64,000 nucleotides of DNA from contig OX597819.1 in assembly GCA_951406725.2 (NCBI GenBank), positions 70,060,001-70,124,000 on the forward strand. The letters run 5' to 3'. Below, piece after piece: positions 40,854-54,739 of this stretch. Made by a program: the position numbers and the translations under genes. This stretch comes from Octopus vulgaris. Taxonomy: Eukaryota. Within the stretch, counting starts at the first letter, position 1, and each line of letters opens with the position of its first letter. The notes beneath the pieces are model-generated. The model was not told the origin of the DNA. It saw only the letters and a program-made list of their open reading frames with translations, and made no database searches.

Positions 40854-42612
40854 CTCATTCTCTCTCTCCCTCATTCTCTCTCTATCACTGTTTCTCTCTC
40901 TCTCTTTCTCACTATCTCTCTCTTTGTCTCTTTCTCTCTCTCTCTCATTCTTTGTCTTTCTCTCTCGCTTTGTCTCTTTCTCTCTCACTCTTTGTCTCTT
41001 TCTGTCTCATTCTGTCTCATTCTTTCTCTCTCTCTCACTCTCTTTTTTCCTTCTCTCTCTCACTGCTTCTCTCTCTTTCTCACTCTCTCTCACTCTGTTT
41101 CTCTCTCTTTTCCCCTCCCCTCTCTATTGATTTCTATTTATTTGATTATCATTTTGTTGTTGGTTTTGCTATTTTGAGATTTCCTTCTTCTTGTTGCTCT
41201 TCAAAAATTAGACAGAAGTCAACATCCTCATCACCAAACATCATCACACCCATCCACCCAAAATCCACATCACCATTGCCACACCTCCATCTCCACTCCC
41301 ATCACCACCAACATCACAATCACCACCAACATCATCTCTACCACCCTCATCACCACCACCATCTCCACCACTGTCTCTACCACCATCATCATCATCACTA
41401 TCATCACTATCACCATCATCACAACCTCCACCCTACCTCCACCATCACCATCATCAGCAGTGCCATCACCACTACTTCCTACAGCCTTGGGAAATGGAAG
41501 GATACATTGGATAATATTGTCTTAGCTTTCTGTAAAAAAAAGCAGGGATAGCCTTGACATGATTGTCTTTGATCATTAGCCTACTCAAGCAAGGCTGGCC
41601 TAGGGCTGAACAACCACCCTTAACACCAAACACCTCCTCCCATCACCCATTCCTTGTAAGTCTAGTACTTATTCTATCAGTCTCTTTTGGCAAACTACTG
41701 AGTTACAGGGACATAAATACACCAAAATTGGTTGTCAAGAAATGGTGGGGGACAAACACACGTGTGTATATATATATATATACGCACACACACATACAAT
41801 GGGCTTCTTTAATTTTCCATTTACCAAATCCACTCACAAGGCTTTGGTCAGCTCGAGGCTTTAGTAGAAGACACTTGCTCAAGGTGTGATGCAGTGGGAC
41901 TGAACCTGGAACCATGTGGTTGGGAAGCAAGCTTCTTACCATGCAGCCACACCTTTCTTGATCTTATTCTTTTTACGGTCTGTTTTCGGTTCTTTCATGG
42001 TTTGAACTCGGTCTTTCCTTGGCCTGCTTTTGGTCTTTTCTTGGTATCAAAGAAAATACTGAGACCAAATGAAGAAATGCTTGAAATACGACCGAGACCA
42101 GTTCAAGAAAGGAACAATACCAAGGAAAGACAGAGTCAAGACCAGGAAGAAGAGAATCAAGAAAAGACAAAGTCTGGAAAGTGCCAACACACGGGACTCC
42201 TGGCAGTCACTCTACCATTCCTTGAGTCACTCTACTGCCCATTATAAATGAAAAAGTGTCATCATTTAATGTCTGTTCTCCATGCTGGCATGGGTTGGAT
42301 GGTTTGATAGCAGCTGGCAAGCCAGAGAGATGCACCAGGCTTCACTATCTGTTTTTGGCAGGGTTTTTATAGCTGGATGCCCTTCCTAACACCGACCACT
42401 TTACAGAGTGGACAGTGGTTTTTACATGGCACCAACTTCAGCGAGGTCTGGTTTGACATGGTTTTTACAGCTTGATGTCCTTCCAAATGCTAACTATCTC
42501 ACAGTGTGGACTGGATGCTTTCTATGTGTCACCAGCACTGGCAGGGTCACCAAATAACTTGCCATATATAACTTGCCAAATATATGTATGTGTATGTATG
42601 TATGTATGTATG

Positions 42613-42671
<59 letters not shown>

Positions 42672-42677
42672 CACACA

Positions 42678-42927
42678 CAGACAATGTTCAGAAAGTCTCT
42701 CCGCAGTAAGTATTTCATTGCAAAATGAATACTTATAAGATGTTATAGGACTACAAAACAATATATTAGAGTTTACAAGATTTTAAAAAGCTTTATACGC
42801 AGTGTTGAAAGTAAGGTCCTTCATTTTCAATACAGAAGTTGACTCTTCTGCAGAAGTTTTGAAATACATCTTGGAGAGTCAAGATGAAAAAAAAAATTCA
42901 CTGTGGAAAGACTTTTTGAACACCCTG

Positions 42928-42929
<2 letters not shown>
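42678..42929. mobile_element. Tc1-like MITE
   Basis: TIRs tgttcagaaagtctctccgcagt / actgtggaaagactttttgaaca, embedded in TA repeats. Confidence 0.65.
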
Positions 42930-42959
<30 letters not shown>

Positions 42960-43220
42960 TGTATGTATGTATGTATGTATGTATGTATAATTATGAGTTA
43001 GAGGTTATGCAACTGTCTAAGGGACAAATGTATCCATAGCCACTACTGGTGCTTAACTATGCATAGGCCTTGCTATAAGGTTAACAGTAGTTAGTAATTT
43101 AAAGGGTATACTGAGGTTTGATATATTCAGATAAGGTAAGAGAATAAATGGAGCAATATGTAACAATTAGAAGTTGATCATTAGTACAGAATGATCATAG
43201 TTAAATTATGGTTAAGATAA

Positions 43221-43300
43221 CATTTACAGCTGTTTCAGTCAGTTATTTTTGAGGTAAACTTGCATTTATTTCATTCCATGTAACAAACATCATCAGAATG
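43221..43300 (-). ncRNA. Type I hammerhead ribozyme motif
   Basis: Minus strand: catt CTGATGA tgtttgtta...taactgact GAAA cagctg TA aatg. Stem I catt/aatg, palindromic stem III ACAGCTGT, GUA site, imperfect stem II. Confidence 0.65.
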
Positions 43301-44027
43301 ATTTGAACTTTACCAGAGGAATATTGACAGGAGATTAAAGGTTGACAGGAGAAAAAGGAAAAGGTTTGTTAGGTCTTTAGGCTTGTGCTAGTGGAGTGCT
43401 AAGAGTACCATACGAGTGTGATCGTTGCCAGAGCAACAAGCTGGCCTTCATGCTGGTGGAAAGTAAAAAACACCATTCAAGTGTGATCGTTACCTGCGTC
43501 ACCTTACTGGCACATGAAAAAACATTTGACTGAGGTCATTGCCAGTGCCACTGGACTGGCTCCTGTGCAGGTGGCACATAAAAAGTACCATTTGAGCGTG
43601 GTTGATGCCAGTACCGCTTGACTGGCCCTCATGCCAGTGGCAGGTAAAAAGTACCCACAATACTCTCGGGGTGGTTGGTGTTAGGAAGGGCATCCAGCTG
43701 TAGAAACTTTACCAGATCAGATTGGAGCCTGGTGCAGCCCCTCGGCTCACTAGTCTTCAGTCAAACCGTCCAACCCATGCTAGCATGGAAAGCGGACATT
43801 AAACAATGATCATGATATTACACACACACAAACATGCACACAGATGCATATACATGTATACATACACATATATATTTGTGGGTGTGTATATTTTGTATGA
43901 GTGTGTATGTGTGTGTGAGTATACACACACACAATTTATGCCTGTCTGTATCATTTATACAAAACATATCCAACAATTGTTCAAAAGTTACAAAACCAAA
44001 AGACATCAGTGTTTTGGGTTATCACGG

Positions 44028-44065
<38 letters not shown>

Positions 44066-44835
44066 AAAATAATATGATTATCTTAGGATTAACCTAATCA
44101 TATTACACAACGCAAACACACACTGCCTGCTTTATACCAAACTCTGCCTTCCACACATTAAATAAAACTTTTCTCACAAATTGTTTCACTCTATTCCTAC
44201 CAAGGCCACCACATCAATGATGAAAGCATCTGAAGTCACTTCAAATCAGAAAGGGCCACTGACTGGCCCTGACAACATCTCCATTACCCTCAAACTATAT
44301 GCTCTACAGCTAACCCATATTTTCACCAAAAACTCATGTGCAGACTTGGCTGTATGGTAAGAAGCTTGCTTCCCAACAACATGGTTCTGGGTTCATTGCC
44401 ACTGCATGGCACCTTGGGCAAGTGTCTTCCACTATAGCCCCAGGCCAACCAAAGCCTTGTGAATGGATTTGGTAGACAGAAACTAAAAGAAGCTTATCAT
44501 ATATATACATAAAGCGAAGGTGCATAGCTCAGAGCTTAGATTGTCAGGATCATAATCATGAGGTAGTGAGTTCAATTCCCAGACCGTTCTGTGTGTTGTT
44601 CTTGAGCAAGACACTTTATTTTGCATTGCACCAGTTCACTCAGCTGTAGAAATGAGTTGCGACATCACTGGTGCCAAGCTCTATCAGCTTTTGCCTTTTC
44701 CTTGGATAACATCAGTGGTGTGGACAGAGGGAGTCTAGTATGCATGGGTGTCTGCTGGTCTTCCATAAACAACCTTGCCTGGACTTGGGCCTTGCAGAGT
44801 AACTTTCTAGGTGCAATCCCATCGTCATTCATGAA

Positions 44836-45535
44836 TCAGCAGTCTGTAGTTGGTGAGGATGTTCTCAATCTCATCCCTGGATTACCTGTGAAGGCAGCAC
44901 TCACAGAACCACCAAAGTTGGAAGAAGTTGCGGTGGCTGTCTCAAGGATGAATAATGGGAAGTCTCCGGGTATGGATGGCATACATGTGGAGTTGTTACA
45001 GCATGGTGGTGAGAAACTTCTGCAGAAACTTCACTCTTTGTTTGGTAATATATGGACTAGTGAATCTGTACCTGAGGACTGGAGAGATGCAGTAATGGTG
45101 GTCCTGTATAAGGGAAAGGGCAACAGGAATGATTGCAGTAACTATAGGGGGATATCATTGCTTTCTGCTGTAGGAAAGGTTTTATGCAGGGTACTTCTGG
45201 ATCGTCTGCTGAAACACATTGCAGATTGTGTTCTTCCAGGGGGATATTCTGGCACCGACCCTATTTGCCATATATTTTGCGATGGTTTTCTGTATTGTAT
45301 TCAGAAACTGCAGATATGGTGTTTACATCCATTATCAAACCTCTGGCAGCATATTTAATATCAGGCGCTTTGCTGCAAAAACAAAGGTATTTACCTCTAT
45401 CATAAGAGACCTTTTGTACGCAGATAATTGTAAGCTAGTAGTGCACACACAGATTGATATGCAACACATTTTGAATGCATTCTCTGATGCTTGCACTGCC
45501 TTAGGATTGACAGTCAATCTCAAGAAAATTGTGTA
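44836..45535 (+). mobile_element. RTE/BovB-like LINE reverse transcriptase fragment with internal deletion
   Basis: GKSPGMDGIHVELL and YKGKGNRNDCSNYRGISLLS, then joined near 45237 to QGDILAPTLF and DLLYADN. Confidence 0.9.
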
Positions 45536-45699
45536 TCTAATATAGAATAAAATTTTTTGAAAAAAATTCTATATATATAAAGGGAGAATTCACGAAAAAA
45601 ACAAAAGACGAAGACAGGTGGTGTAGAAAACAAACAGATGTATGAGTATAACGCTTGGGAATTGAAAAAGTCTTATGTTTCGAGGCTACGCTCTCTCTT

Positions 45700-45743
<44 letters not shown>

Positions 45744-46450
45744 ATAGCATTGGTGCTGTTGCCATGTAAAAGGCACCAACAGTCTGTAAAGTTGAAGGGC
45801 CATAGAAACCATGCCAGAACAGACAATGTATACAGATGACAGGCTTCATTCAGTTTCCATCTGCCAAATCCACTCACAAGGTTTTGTGAAGACACTTGCC
45901 CAAGATGGCATGCAGTGGGACTGAACCCAGAACCAGGTGGTTGGAAAGCAAACTTTTTATCACACAGCCATGCCTGCACCTATACAAATATTTCATTTCC
46001 AAAATATTTTGACACAAAATATTTTTCATGTTTCCTTCTAAATATTTCAGCATTTTCCAGGCTTATTTCCTTCCCACTCCCCACCCACCTCTCTCTCTTG
46101 CATATTTTGTCTCTCTCTCTCCCTCTTTCTCCCTCTCTCTCCCACTCTATGCTGTCATGGTTTCATCTGTCTTTCCGTGACTTTCTGTTTATTTGTGTGA
46201 ATGTATTTCTTCTTTCATCAATCAGCCAGTGTGTGTGGGTGTGTGTGTAAGTATATATATATATATATATATAAATACATTCGTATCTATTTATATATGC
46301 ACACACACACACATATATATATATATATACGTGTGTGTACATATCTCTATGAATATATATATTCATATATATACATGCATATATTATGTGTGTATGTATA
46401 TATCTGTACACACACATATATATATGCACACACATATATATGTATGTACG

Positions 46451-46502
<52 letters not shown>

Positions 46503-46556
46503 TATATATATACATGCATACATTATATGTGCATGTATATATATCTATACACACAG

Positions 46557-46588
<32 letters not shown>

Positions 46589-47510
46589 TCACATGTATAT
46601 GTATATATCTAACTATTTAGAAAGACAGGAAAGAGAGAGAGAAAGAGACAGAGATGCATGTGAGTGTGTCTGTTTATATATTTGTAGATGCATGTGAATG
46701 TGTGTGTGTGTGTGTATAGACACAGACACAGATAGATAAATAGAGTGATAGACAGACAGACAGATGGATAGATACATAAATACACATATACATATGCATG
46801 AATGTAAGTGCATGTGTGTATGCACACTCACACACACACAAGCACACAGACATGCATACACACACACGCACACACACACACGCACGCACGCACACATTCC
46901 TACATCTATCTAACTGTATCTGTGTACACAGCTCTCAGCCACAGCTCTCAAGGCTAACTTACTTATAAGAACTTTAGTGTTCAGCGAAGGACATCAAATT
47001 TCAAGTCATTACCTTCACTCACTCAGCCTTGCGGATCTGCTTTCAGCTAGAAGTGATTTCACTTGAGAATCAGCAGCCATGCCACGTGATTACTTATGGC
47101 CGGGTATTGTTATACAATTGTAGTTAATGTAGAGTGGATTAGGAAGAGATGTCTTCGTTTAATTAAATGTCTCGTTATTTTTCTTAATATAATTTCATAA
47201 ACAGTGGTGTTTCATGTTAAAGAATGATAAAAATAGGAACACACACACACACATGCATATGCACATTCAACATAAGAGAGAGACACACACACACACACAT
47301 ACATACATACATAGAGAAGCATATATACATAGGTATGTTCTTTTATTCTTTTAGTCGAAGAAACCAACCCCAGGACTTATTCTTTGTAAGCCTGGTACTT
47401 ATTCTGTCAGTCTCTTATGACAAACCGCTAAGTTACAGGGATGTAAACATATCAACATTGGTTGTCAAGCAATGGTAGAGACATAAAGACACAAATAAAT
47501 ATATACATAC

Positions 47511-47560
<50 letters not shown>

Positions 47561-48126
47561 GACAGGCTTCTTTCAGTTTCTGTCTACCAAATCCACTCAC
47601 AAGGCTTTGGTCGGACCGAGACTATAGTAGAAGACACTTGCCCAAGGTGCCACACAGTAGGACTGAACCCAGAACCATGTGGTTGGAAAGCAAGCTTCTT
47701 ACCACACAGCCATGCTTGTATGATTTGTGTGTGTGTGCATGCCTGTATGTGTGTGTGAAAGCATGTGGCTTAATGGTTAGAGTGTTCCGCTCATTATTAT
47801 GACATGTTGTGTTCTTGAGCAAGACATTTTATTTCATGCCGCTCCAGTCCAGTCAGCTGGTAATAATGAGTTGCATTTGTCACATTCTGTGCCACACTGA
47901 ATCTCCCCGAGAACTATGTTGAGGGTATGTATGTCTACAGAGTACTCAGCCACTTGCACATTAATTCACTCAGCAGATAGGACTCCCTTATGATACCCTT
48001 GCCCATAACTTTCACTCAATAGACAAGGTCCAAAAACTTGGTACACAGGTGCCACACGCACTGAACAAAGGAGACAAATTCCAGTGCTCATTGCAAATTT
48101 GACCAAAAATGTTAATTTGCTATTAT

Positions 48127-48298
48127 GTCTGGGGAGAGTCATTCTCTTTTGGTGACTTATAATTCAACACACACATCGGTAAAATTTCCCCTTATTTCTT
48201 TTTAATTTTCCTAAATTTTTTGTTGCATCTTGCAACCTTTTCAATAGTGAGTGTGTTAAATTGTAAGGCACCAAAAAAGACTGACTATCCCCAGACAC
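48127..48298. mobile_element. Short MITE with ~45-bp TIRs
   Basis: tgtctggggagagtc...aacacac mirrored by gtgtgtt...gactatccccagaca. Confidence 0.7.
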
Positions 48299-48817
48299 AA
48301 CAGAATATGCTTCAACACACGAACTCACATAAAGAATTTTGCAAACCAAACCCAAAAGCTAATTTGCTAATTTGACCAAAAATGCTATTCAATTGCTAAT
48401 TTAACACATATTGTCAATTTGACCATCACATTGCTAATTTGACCAAAAATGCTATTTAAGAGATTGGTTAGGAAGTTCTACTAAACCCACCATATTCTCC
48501 TAATACGGCATCTCCAGATGATCAATTTTTTCAGTCACTCTCAATCAGTCGGCCTGAGGCTATAGTAGAAGACACATGCCAGTGGGAACATGCAGTGGGA
48601 CTGAACCTGGAACCATGTAGTTGGGAAGCAAGCACATGGCCATGCCTGCGCCTATTTATATATCAATTTAATTTTTTATTTTTTTACTGGATTCTGTACC
48701 TCAGTCCCCAGTTAGGATGTCAGTATTAGAAAGATTAGCCAGTGAAATAAATAGACATTTAGAAAATGTCAGAGGGCAAACTAAGTGAAGCATAAAACTA
48801 AGCTAATTCCAAAATCA

Positions 48818-48849
<32 letters not shown>

Positions 48850-49149
48850 GCACACACACACATATATATATAAATAAACACAGACACACACACACAGTAA
48901 GGCAGAAAGGCATGCAGACAATCAGATGGATGGAAAAAACACACAAAGAGAGATTCAAATAGAATTATGCATGAAGAAACGGATGGACAGACAGAGAGAC
49001 AGAGAAACAGAAAGGCAGAGAGACTGAGAGGCAGAGATTAAAGGAAAGCATGCATGTGTGGATGGATTAAATCAAAAAAGATGCACACCACCACAGAATG
49101 ATGGAGATGTGTATGTATGTATGTATGTATGTATGTATGTATGTATGGA

Positions 49150-49440
49150 CCCATGATAAACAATGATGTGGCTATTAAAATTCATAACAGAACGTGTGTA
49201 AAATGTGGAAGGGTGTGTCTCTCAGTTGGAGGTCTAAAAAGACATGTTAAGAGAGTGCATATGGTGGCACCTGTTTCTCCTGCCAACCAGCCAGCACAGT
49301 TGTCTAGTATGTAATAAAATGTGTACAAGCTTGGCTTGGCTTATTGGTCATATAAGGGCATCACATGGCAACAATCATGAATCATTTCAGTAAGTCTTCT
49401 TGGCAATGGATTTTCTTGTGTAACGAGGATGCAGCTATGA
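49150..49440 (+). mobile_element. LINE C-terminal C2H2 zinc-finger remnant
   Basis: CVKCGRVCLSVGGLKRHVKRVH resembles RTE C-terminal fingers; isolated, with no splice context. Confidence 0.45.
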
Positions 49441-49506
49441 TATGTATGTATGATTGAAAATTTAACAAGCTGGTGAAATCGAGGAGCGAGTAAAAAGTCA
49501 ACCTAC

Positions 49507-49509
49507 CAT
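49507..49509 (-). CDS. Candidate first coding exon end: initiator ATG immediately followed by a splice donor (5' UTR upstream)
   Basis: Minus strand reads ccacaATG|gtaggt with an in-frame TAG upstream. Splicing in phase 0 to exon 35126 gives ACA-ATG-G (good Kozak context) and M-VPENITDY. The next exons contain no in-frame Met, so an upstream phase-0 exon is required. No transcript evidence. Confidence 0.4.
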
Positions 49510-49679
49510 TGTGGGGGAAAGACACAAATGAATTGGCAAATATGCCTATATCACATGATTTTGGACTCTTAGTTCTCTTCCATGGGTCTCACTGCCTAGG
49601 GTTAAACTAATAACTGCTTCGTCTTGCTTGTTAAAATCGTTGAAAGACATGTGCCAAAGACATGTGCCAAATGTTTTTC

Positions 49680-49727
<48 letters not shown>

Positions 49728-50387
49728 TGTGTGTAAAGAGTTGATGTATAAAATATCAGGTAATATATCCACTATAATCAAGAGACCAATGAATAATTAT
49801 TATAATTGGTCATCAAACTCCAATACATTTATAATATAGCAGTAAATCCAGGTGGAAAAAGTTTGCCAGAATATAAATAATCAATTATCCTTAAGAGTGA
49901 TATGTATTTAGAATAAAAAGGAAAAAGTATAAATTTGACAGACAACTCATAAGTTGTGTTCAGCAGTTGCTTCATTGGGAGTAAACAATTAACTCCATAA
50001 TAATCCTGATAATTTGGGATAAACATTACTTTAAATTAATTAAAATTATTTTATATTATTTACTGATATAAAATAATCTAAATTAATTTAAACTAATACA
50101 TATATATATATACATACATACATGCACAAATAAATATTTGTATGTATATACACACATACCTTTTACCTTTTACTTGTTACAGTTAATAGACTGCGGCCAT
50201 GCTGGAGCACTGCCTTCAATTATTGATCAAATGAATCAACTGCAGTACTTATTTTTTAAGCCTGGTACTTATTCTATCGGGGTCTTTTGCTGAACAGCTA
50301 AGTTATGGAGATGTAAACAAAACCAACACCGGTTGTCAAGTGGTGATGGTGGGATAAACATAGACACACACACACATATATATACAA

Positions 50388-50775
50388 AGGAGTGGCTGTG
50401 TGGTAAGTAGCTTGCTTACCAACCACATGGTACCGAGTTCAGTCCCACTGCGTGGTACCTTGGGCAAGTGTCTTCTACTATAGCCTCGGGCTGACCAAAG
50501 CCTTGTGAGTGGATCTGGTAGACAGAAACTGAAAAGATGCCTGTCGCATATATGTATATATATGTGTGTGTGTCTGTGTGTCTGTCTTTGTCACCCCAAC
50601 ATCACTTGATAACCAATGCTGGTGTGTTTACGACCCTGTAACTTAGCGGTTCAGCAAAAGAGACTGATAGAATAAGTGCTAAACTTACAAAGAAAAAGTC
50701 CTGGGGTCAATTTGCTCAACTAAAGGCGGTGCTCCAGCATGGCTGCAGTCAAATGACTGAAACAAGTAAAGAGTA
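50388..50775 (+). mobile_element. Representative of the most abundant tRNA-SINE family (ggagtggctgtgtggtaag...gaaactgaaagaagc)
   Basis: A-box/B-box-like head and conserved body. Further copies at ~11758, 14015, 19350(-), 27965, 29065(-), 37901, 41650(-), 44338, 45836(-), 47335(-), 50165(-), 50785(-), 55855(-), 56861, 57135, 62505(-), 63622. Confidence 0.85.
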
Positions 50776-51467
50776 AAGAGTATACAACAGGCTTCTTTCA
50801 GTTTCCGTCCACCAAATCCACTCACAAGGTTTGGTTGGCCTGAGGCTATAGTAGAGGACACTTGCCCAAGGTGCCATGCAGTGGCAATGAACCCAGAACC
50901 ATGTGGCTGGGAAGCAAACATGTTACCACACAGCCACTCCTGTGCCTCCATATATAATGTAAATAAGGTTAAAAATCCAAGCTATGTCCTCTTGAAGAGC
51001 ACATCTGCTTGTTCCAGTATTTCAATTCCATGTGCAGACATCATATTTCTGTGAGATATGCATAAGAGTTGGAAATTCCAGAAATAGTATTCGCAGAGTG
51101 ATTTTATATCAAAACAGGACATTGGAAAACTTATTTTGGTATTTATTTATTTTCCATTACACATTTCAAATGTTAATATTTGATTCTCTGTCTCAAGAAT
51201 TTCTAATAGGAAATATCTTACATGTTTATCCAGCATGACAATTGTCTGACCTAATTTCTACAACCCAAAGTACAAAACAGCAATGGCCTAGGTAATTTGC
51301 ATAACTTAAACTAAGAGAAATAACTCAACGTGGCCAGGGGCAAGTATTTGAATTGTATAGACCAGTGGTTCTCAACCAGTTTCCATTTGACCTTTAGGGG
51401 TCCGTATAAGATCTTGTTAAAATTTATGGGCAATGAATCAGTTATACTTCTACAAGACACAAAATAT

Positions 51468-51720
51468 TGCTTTAGTGCATAATTATTGCGGCTTTTTTTA
51501 CAACAAATTTTATTCAACAAAACCAATAACAATATTTAACAAAACCATCTTTAAATGACGGTCTGACCGTCTGCCAAGCAAATGGAAGCAATAATTGAAG
51601 TAGATGGTGAATATGCTCCAGAATAATCATTTAAATATGTTTTTGTTACACGTTGTTATTGTTTTTGTTGAATGAAATTTATTGAAAATATAGCCGCAAT
51701 AATTATGCAGCAACCTAATA
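51468..51720. mobile_element. Mariner-derived MITE
   Basis: TIRs tgcataattattgcggct / agccgcaataattatgca, with a short transposase C-terminal remnant (KWKHN...DGEYAPE). Confidence 0.65.
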
Positions 51721-52273
51721 TTTGCTAATAGGTGGTTCTCAACCATTTTTTAATTTATTTATGCAATCCTTTGATTACCATTTTACTCTAGTGCCCCATC
51801 CACCTGCCCACTGACCATTCAGTTTTATAGATATTTCTTTCAAAATTTCTATTTCATTTATCACCCATTCACTTGGGTAGGTTTGCAATTACACCCACTG
51901 AAGAAACATGTTTCAATGGTCATAAATATGTTGAATTAAAGCAGCAAGTTGGCAGAAACATTAGCACACCAGGCGAAATGTTTAGAGGTATCTTGTCTGC
52001 CATTATGTTCTGAGTTCAAATACCGCCGAGGTTGACTTTCAGGGTCAATAAATTAAGTACCAGTCATGCACTAGGGTCAATGTAATCGACTTAATCCCTT
52101 TGTCTGTCTTTGTTTGTCCCTCTATGTTTAGCCCCTTGTGGGCAATAAAGAAATAAGAAACATGTTGAATTAAGTTAAGCTTTAGAGAAAGAAACCTAGT
52201 TGTGTCTTGCAATAAATATGTCAAAACTTTTCATAGATCCCTAAAATACTATTGCGAACCCCCAATTTACTGG

Positions 52274-52524
52274 AGTAAAGATTGTTTGCCAACATAACAT
52301 GACAGTCCTGGTTTAGGACGAATGTTGCTGTAATTTAGCCCCAGGAAACATCGTCTCCAGCTGGCTATACAACACGATCTGTGTCCTTATATTTTCGAAC
52401 AAAAAATATAAGGACACAGATCATGTCATATAGGCAGCTGGAGACAATGTCTCCTGGGGCTAAATTACAGCAACATTCGTCCTAAACCAGGACTGCCATG
52501 TTATGTTGGCAAACAATCTTTACT
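52274..52524. repeat. Near-perfect ~250-bp palindrome
   Basis: agtaaagattgtttgccaacataacatg...gtgtccttatatttt is mirrored by aaaatataaggacac...catgttatgttggcaaacaatctttact around a very short spacer. Confidence 0.9.
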
Positions 52525-53183
52525 GCAAAGTACTGTTGTTGAATACCTCTCATTGTGAGATTTAAAAATAGTAATTCCCCCAATTTATACTATTTTGCTT
52601 GCAGGGACCCCCAAGAGTCATTTGGATTCAAATTGAGAACTACAGGGTTTAACGAGTCTGCCAGTTCATTGTAAAACCGAAAAATCAGGCTAATTATCAA
52701 TAGTGATTGGATTAATTGTGAGTCATGTTAATTAATATAACAGCAGTTAATTATAGGTGCAACTGTCATTTGATATTAGGCTAATGAAGAATTAAGAGAG
52801 AACTAATTTTGTGAAGTACACTATGTGGTTCATGTATGTATATGTATATATATATATATATATAATTTATCATCATCGCTTAATGTCCATTGTTGATGGT
52901 GGCATGGGTTGGACTGTTTGACTGGGCCGGTACACCTGAAGGCTGCACCAGACTGCAGTGAGATTTGGCATGGTTTTCTACAGCTGGATGCCCTTCCTAA
53001 TGCCACCACTCCAAGATTGTAATGGGTGCTTTTACATGTCATTTATGTGACACCAGAGGGCATTTACATGCCACCAGCACAGGTGCCAATTTGTGTGACA
53101 CTGGTATCAGCCACAACTGCAATTTTGCTCAGCTTGATGGGTCTTGTTCTCAAGCACAACATAATGCCAAATATTTATGTATG

Positions 53184-53240
<57 letters not shown>

Positions 53241-53725
53241 TCATCATCGTTTAACGTCTGCTTTCCATGCTAACATGGGTTGGACAGTTCAACTGGGATC
53301 TGGGAAGCCAGAAGGCTGCACCAAGCCAGGTCTGATCTGGCAGTGTTTCAACAGCTGTATGCCCTTCCTAACGCCAACCACTCTGTGAGTGAAGTGGGTG
53401 CTTTTTACGTGCCACCAGCATGGAAACCAGGCGAGGCTGGCAACGGCCACGATCGGATGGTGCTTTTTACGTGCCACCAGCACAGAGGCCAGTCAGGGCA
53501 CATACACACACATATAAATACATACATACACATACATATACATACATACACATATATATATATACACATACATATATATACATACACACATACATATATA
53601 TACACACATACATATATATACATACACACACACATATATATACATACACACACACACACACACACATATATACGTACACACACACACACACATATACATA
53701 CACACACACACACACACATATACAT

Positions 53726-53764
<39 letters not shown>

Positions 53765-53808
53765 CATACATATACATACACACATATATACATATACATA
53801 CACACATA

Positions 53809-53860
<52 letters not shown>

Positions 53861-54572
53861 CATACATATACATACACACACATATATATATACATACACA
53901 CACATATATATACATACACACACACACACATGTGTGTATGTATGTATGAACTTCATAGTGCAAAGCAGTGTCTTTACCAGTTCCAATTCAAATATGGCTG
54001 AGACATATTCAAACCAGTAAGCAAGTCATTCAATGTGCTTTGCCTGATGTCACTGAAATGCTGATCTCCCCTCTAACAACATTACATGAACCCCACTTGA
54101 CCAATAGCAGCCCATTTTCTAGTAGCCATCTTGCACTGCCTGTGCTTCTCTATTTGGTAATCTAAACCAGAACAATCCAAACAGTCTCAAATTATATATG
54201 TATATATCTTTCTTTTAAATTTGTTTATGGGAAACGTTTTGAATATGCAAATAAAGTTCCTTTTCTATTACGCCAGCCACAGACCAATGATGCTGACTAG
54301 TGAGCCTGCTTTACGGGGTTGCATGACACTGTAATGATGTGATGTAAGATAAACATAATAATCCTTTCTACTAAAGGCACAAGGCCTGAGATTTGGAGGG
54401 AAGGAGCCAGTCGATTAGAGCAACTCCAGTACACAACAGGTACTTAATTTATGGACACAAAAGAATGAAAGGCAAAGTCAACCTTGGCAGAATTTGAACT
54501 CTGAACCTAGCCAAGGGAGAAATACTGCTAAGCATTTCGTCCAGCTTGCCACCTTAGGATAAATATAATAAT

Positions 54573-54701
54573 ACATTATTTACATTTGATGGATATTTGT
54601 CCTCATCTTGTTTGTTGTTTTGGCTGATATACCCTCCAGCCTTCATTAGGTGTCTTGGGGAAATTTTGAGCCTGGGTTCTCATTCCTAAAGTATTTTTCA
54701 A

Positions 54702-54739
<38 letters not shown>

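Noticed and set aside
40333-41551. ORFs rich in His/Cys/Ser/Leu, with a donor-like AAG|gtaaac near 40382
   Set aside because: Trinucleotide and CT low-complexity sequence; the frame compatible with the next exon contains a stop.
41950-42250. Plus-strand ORF with charged residues and patchy inverted symmetry
   Set aside because: No splice or start context, only short reverse-complement matches; cannot support a gene or structured RNA.
45676-45697. Hammerhead stem II/GAAAC remnant (gagcgtagcctcgaaac, minus strand)
   Set aside because: Truncated by a microsatellite before the core; only a Penelope-like terminal fragment.
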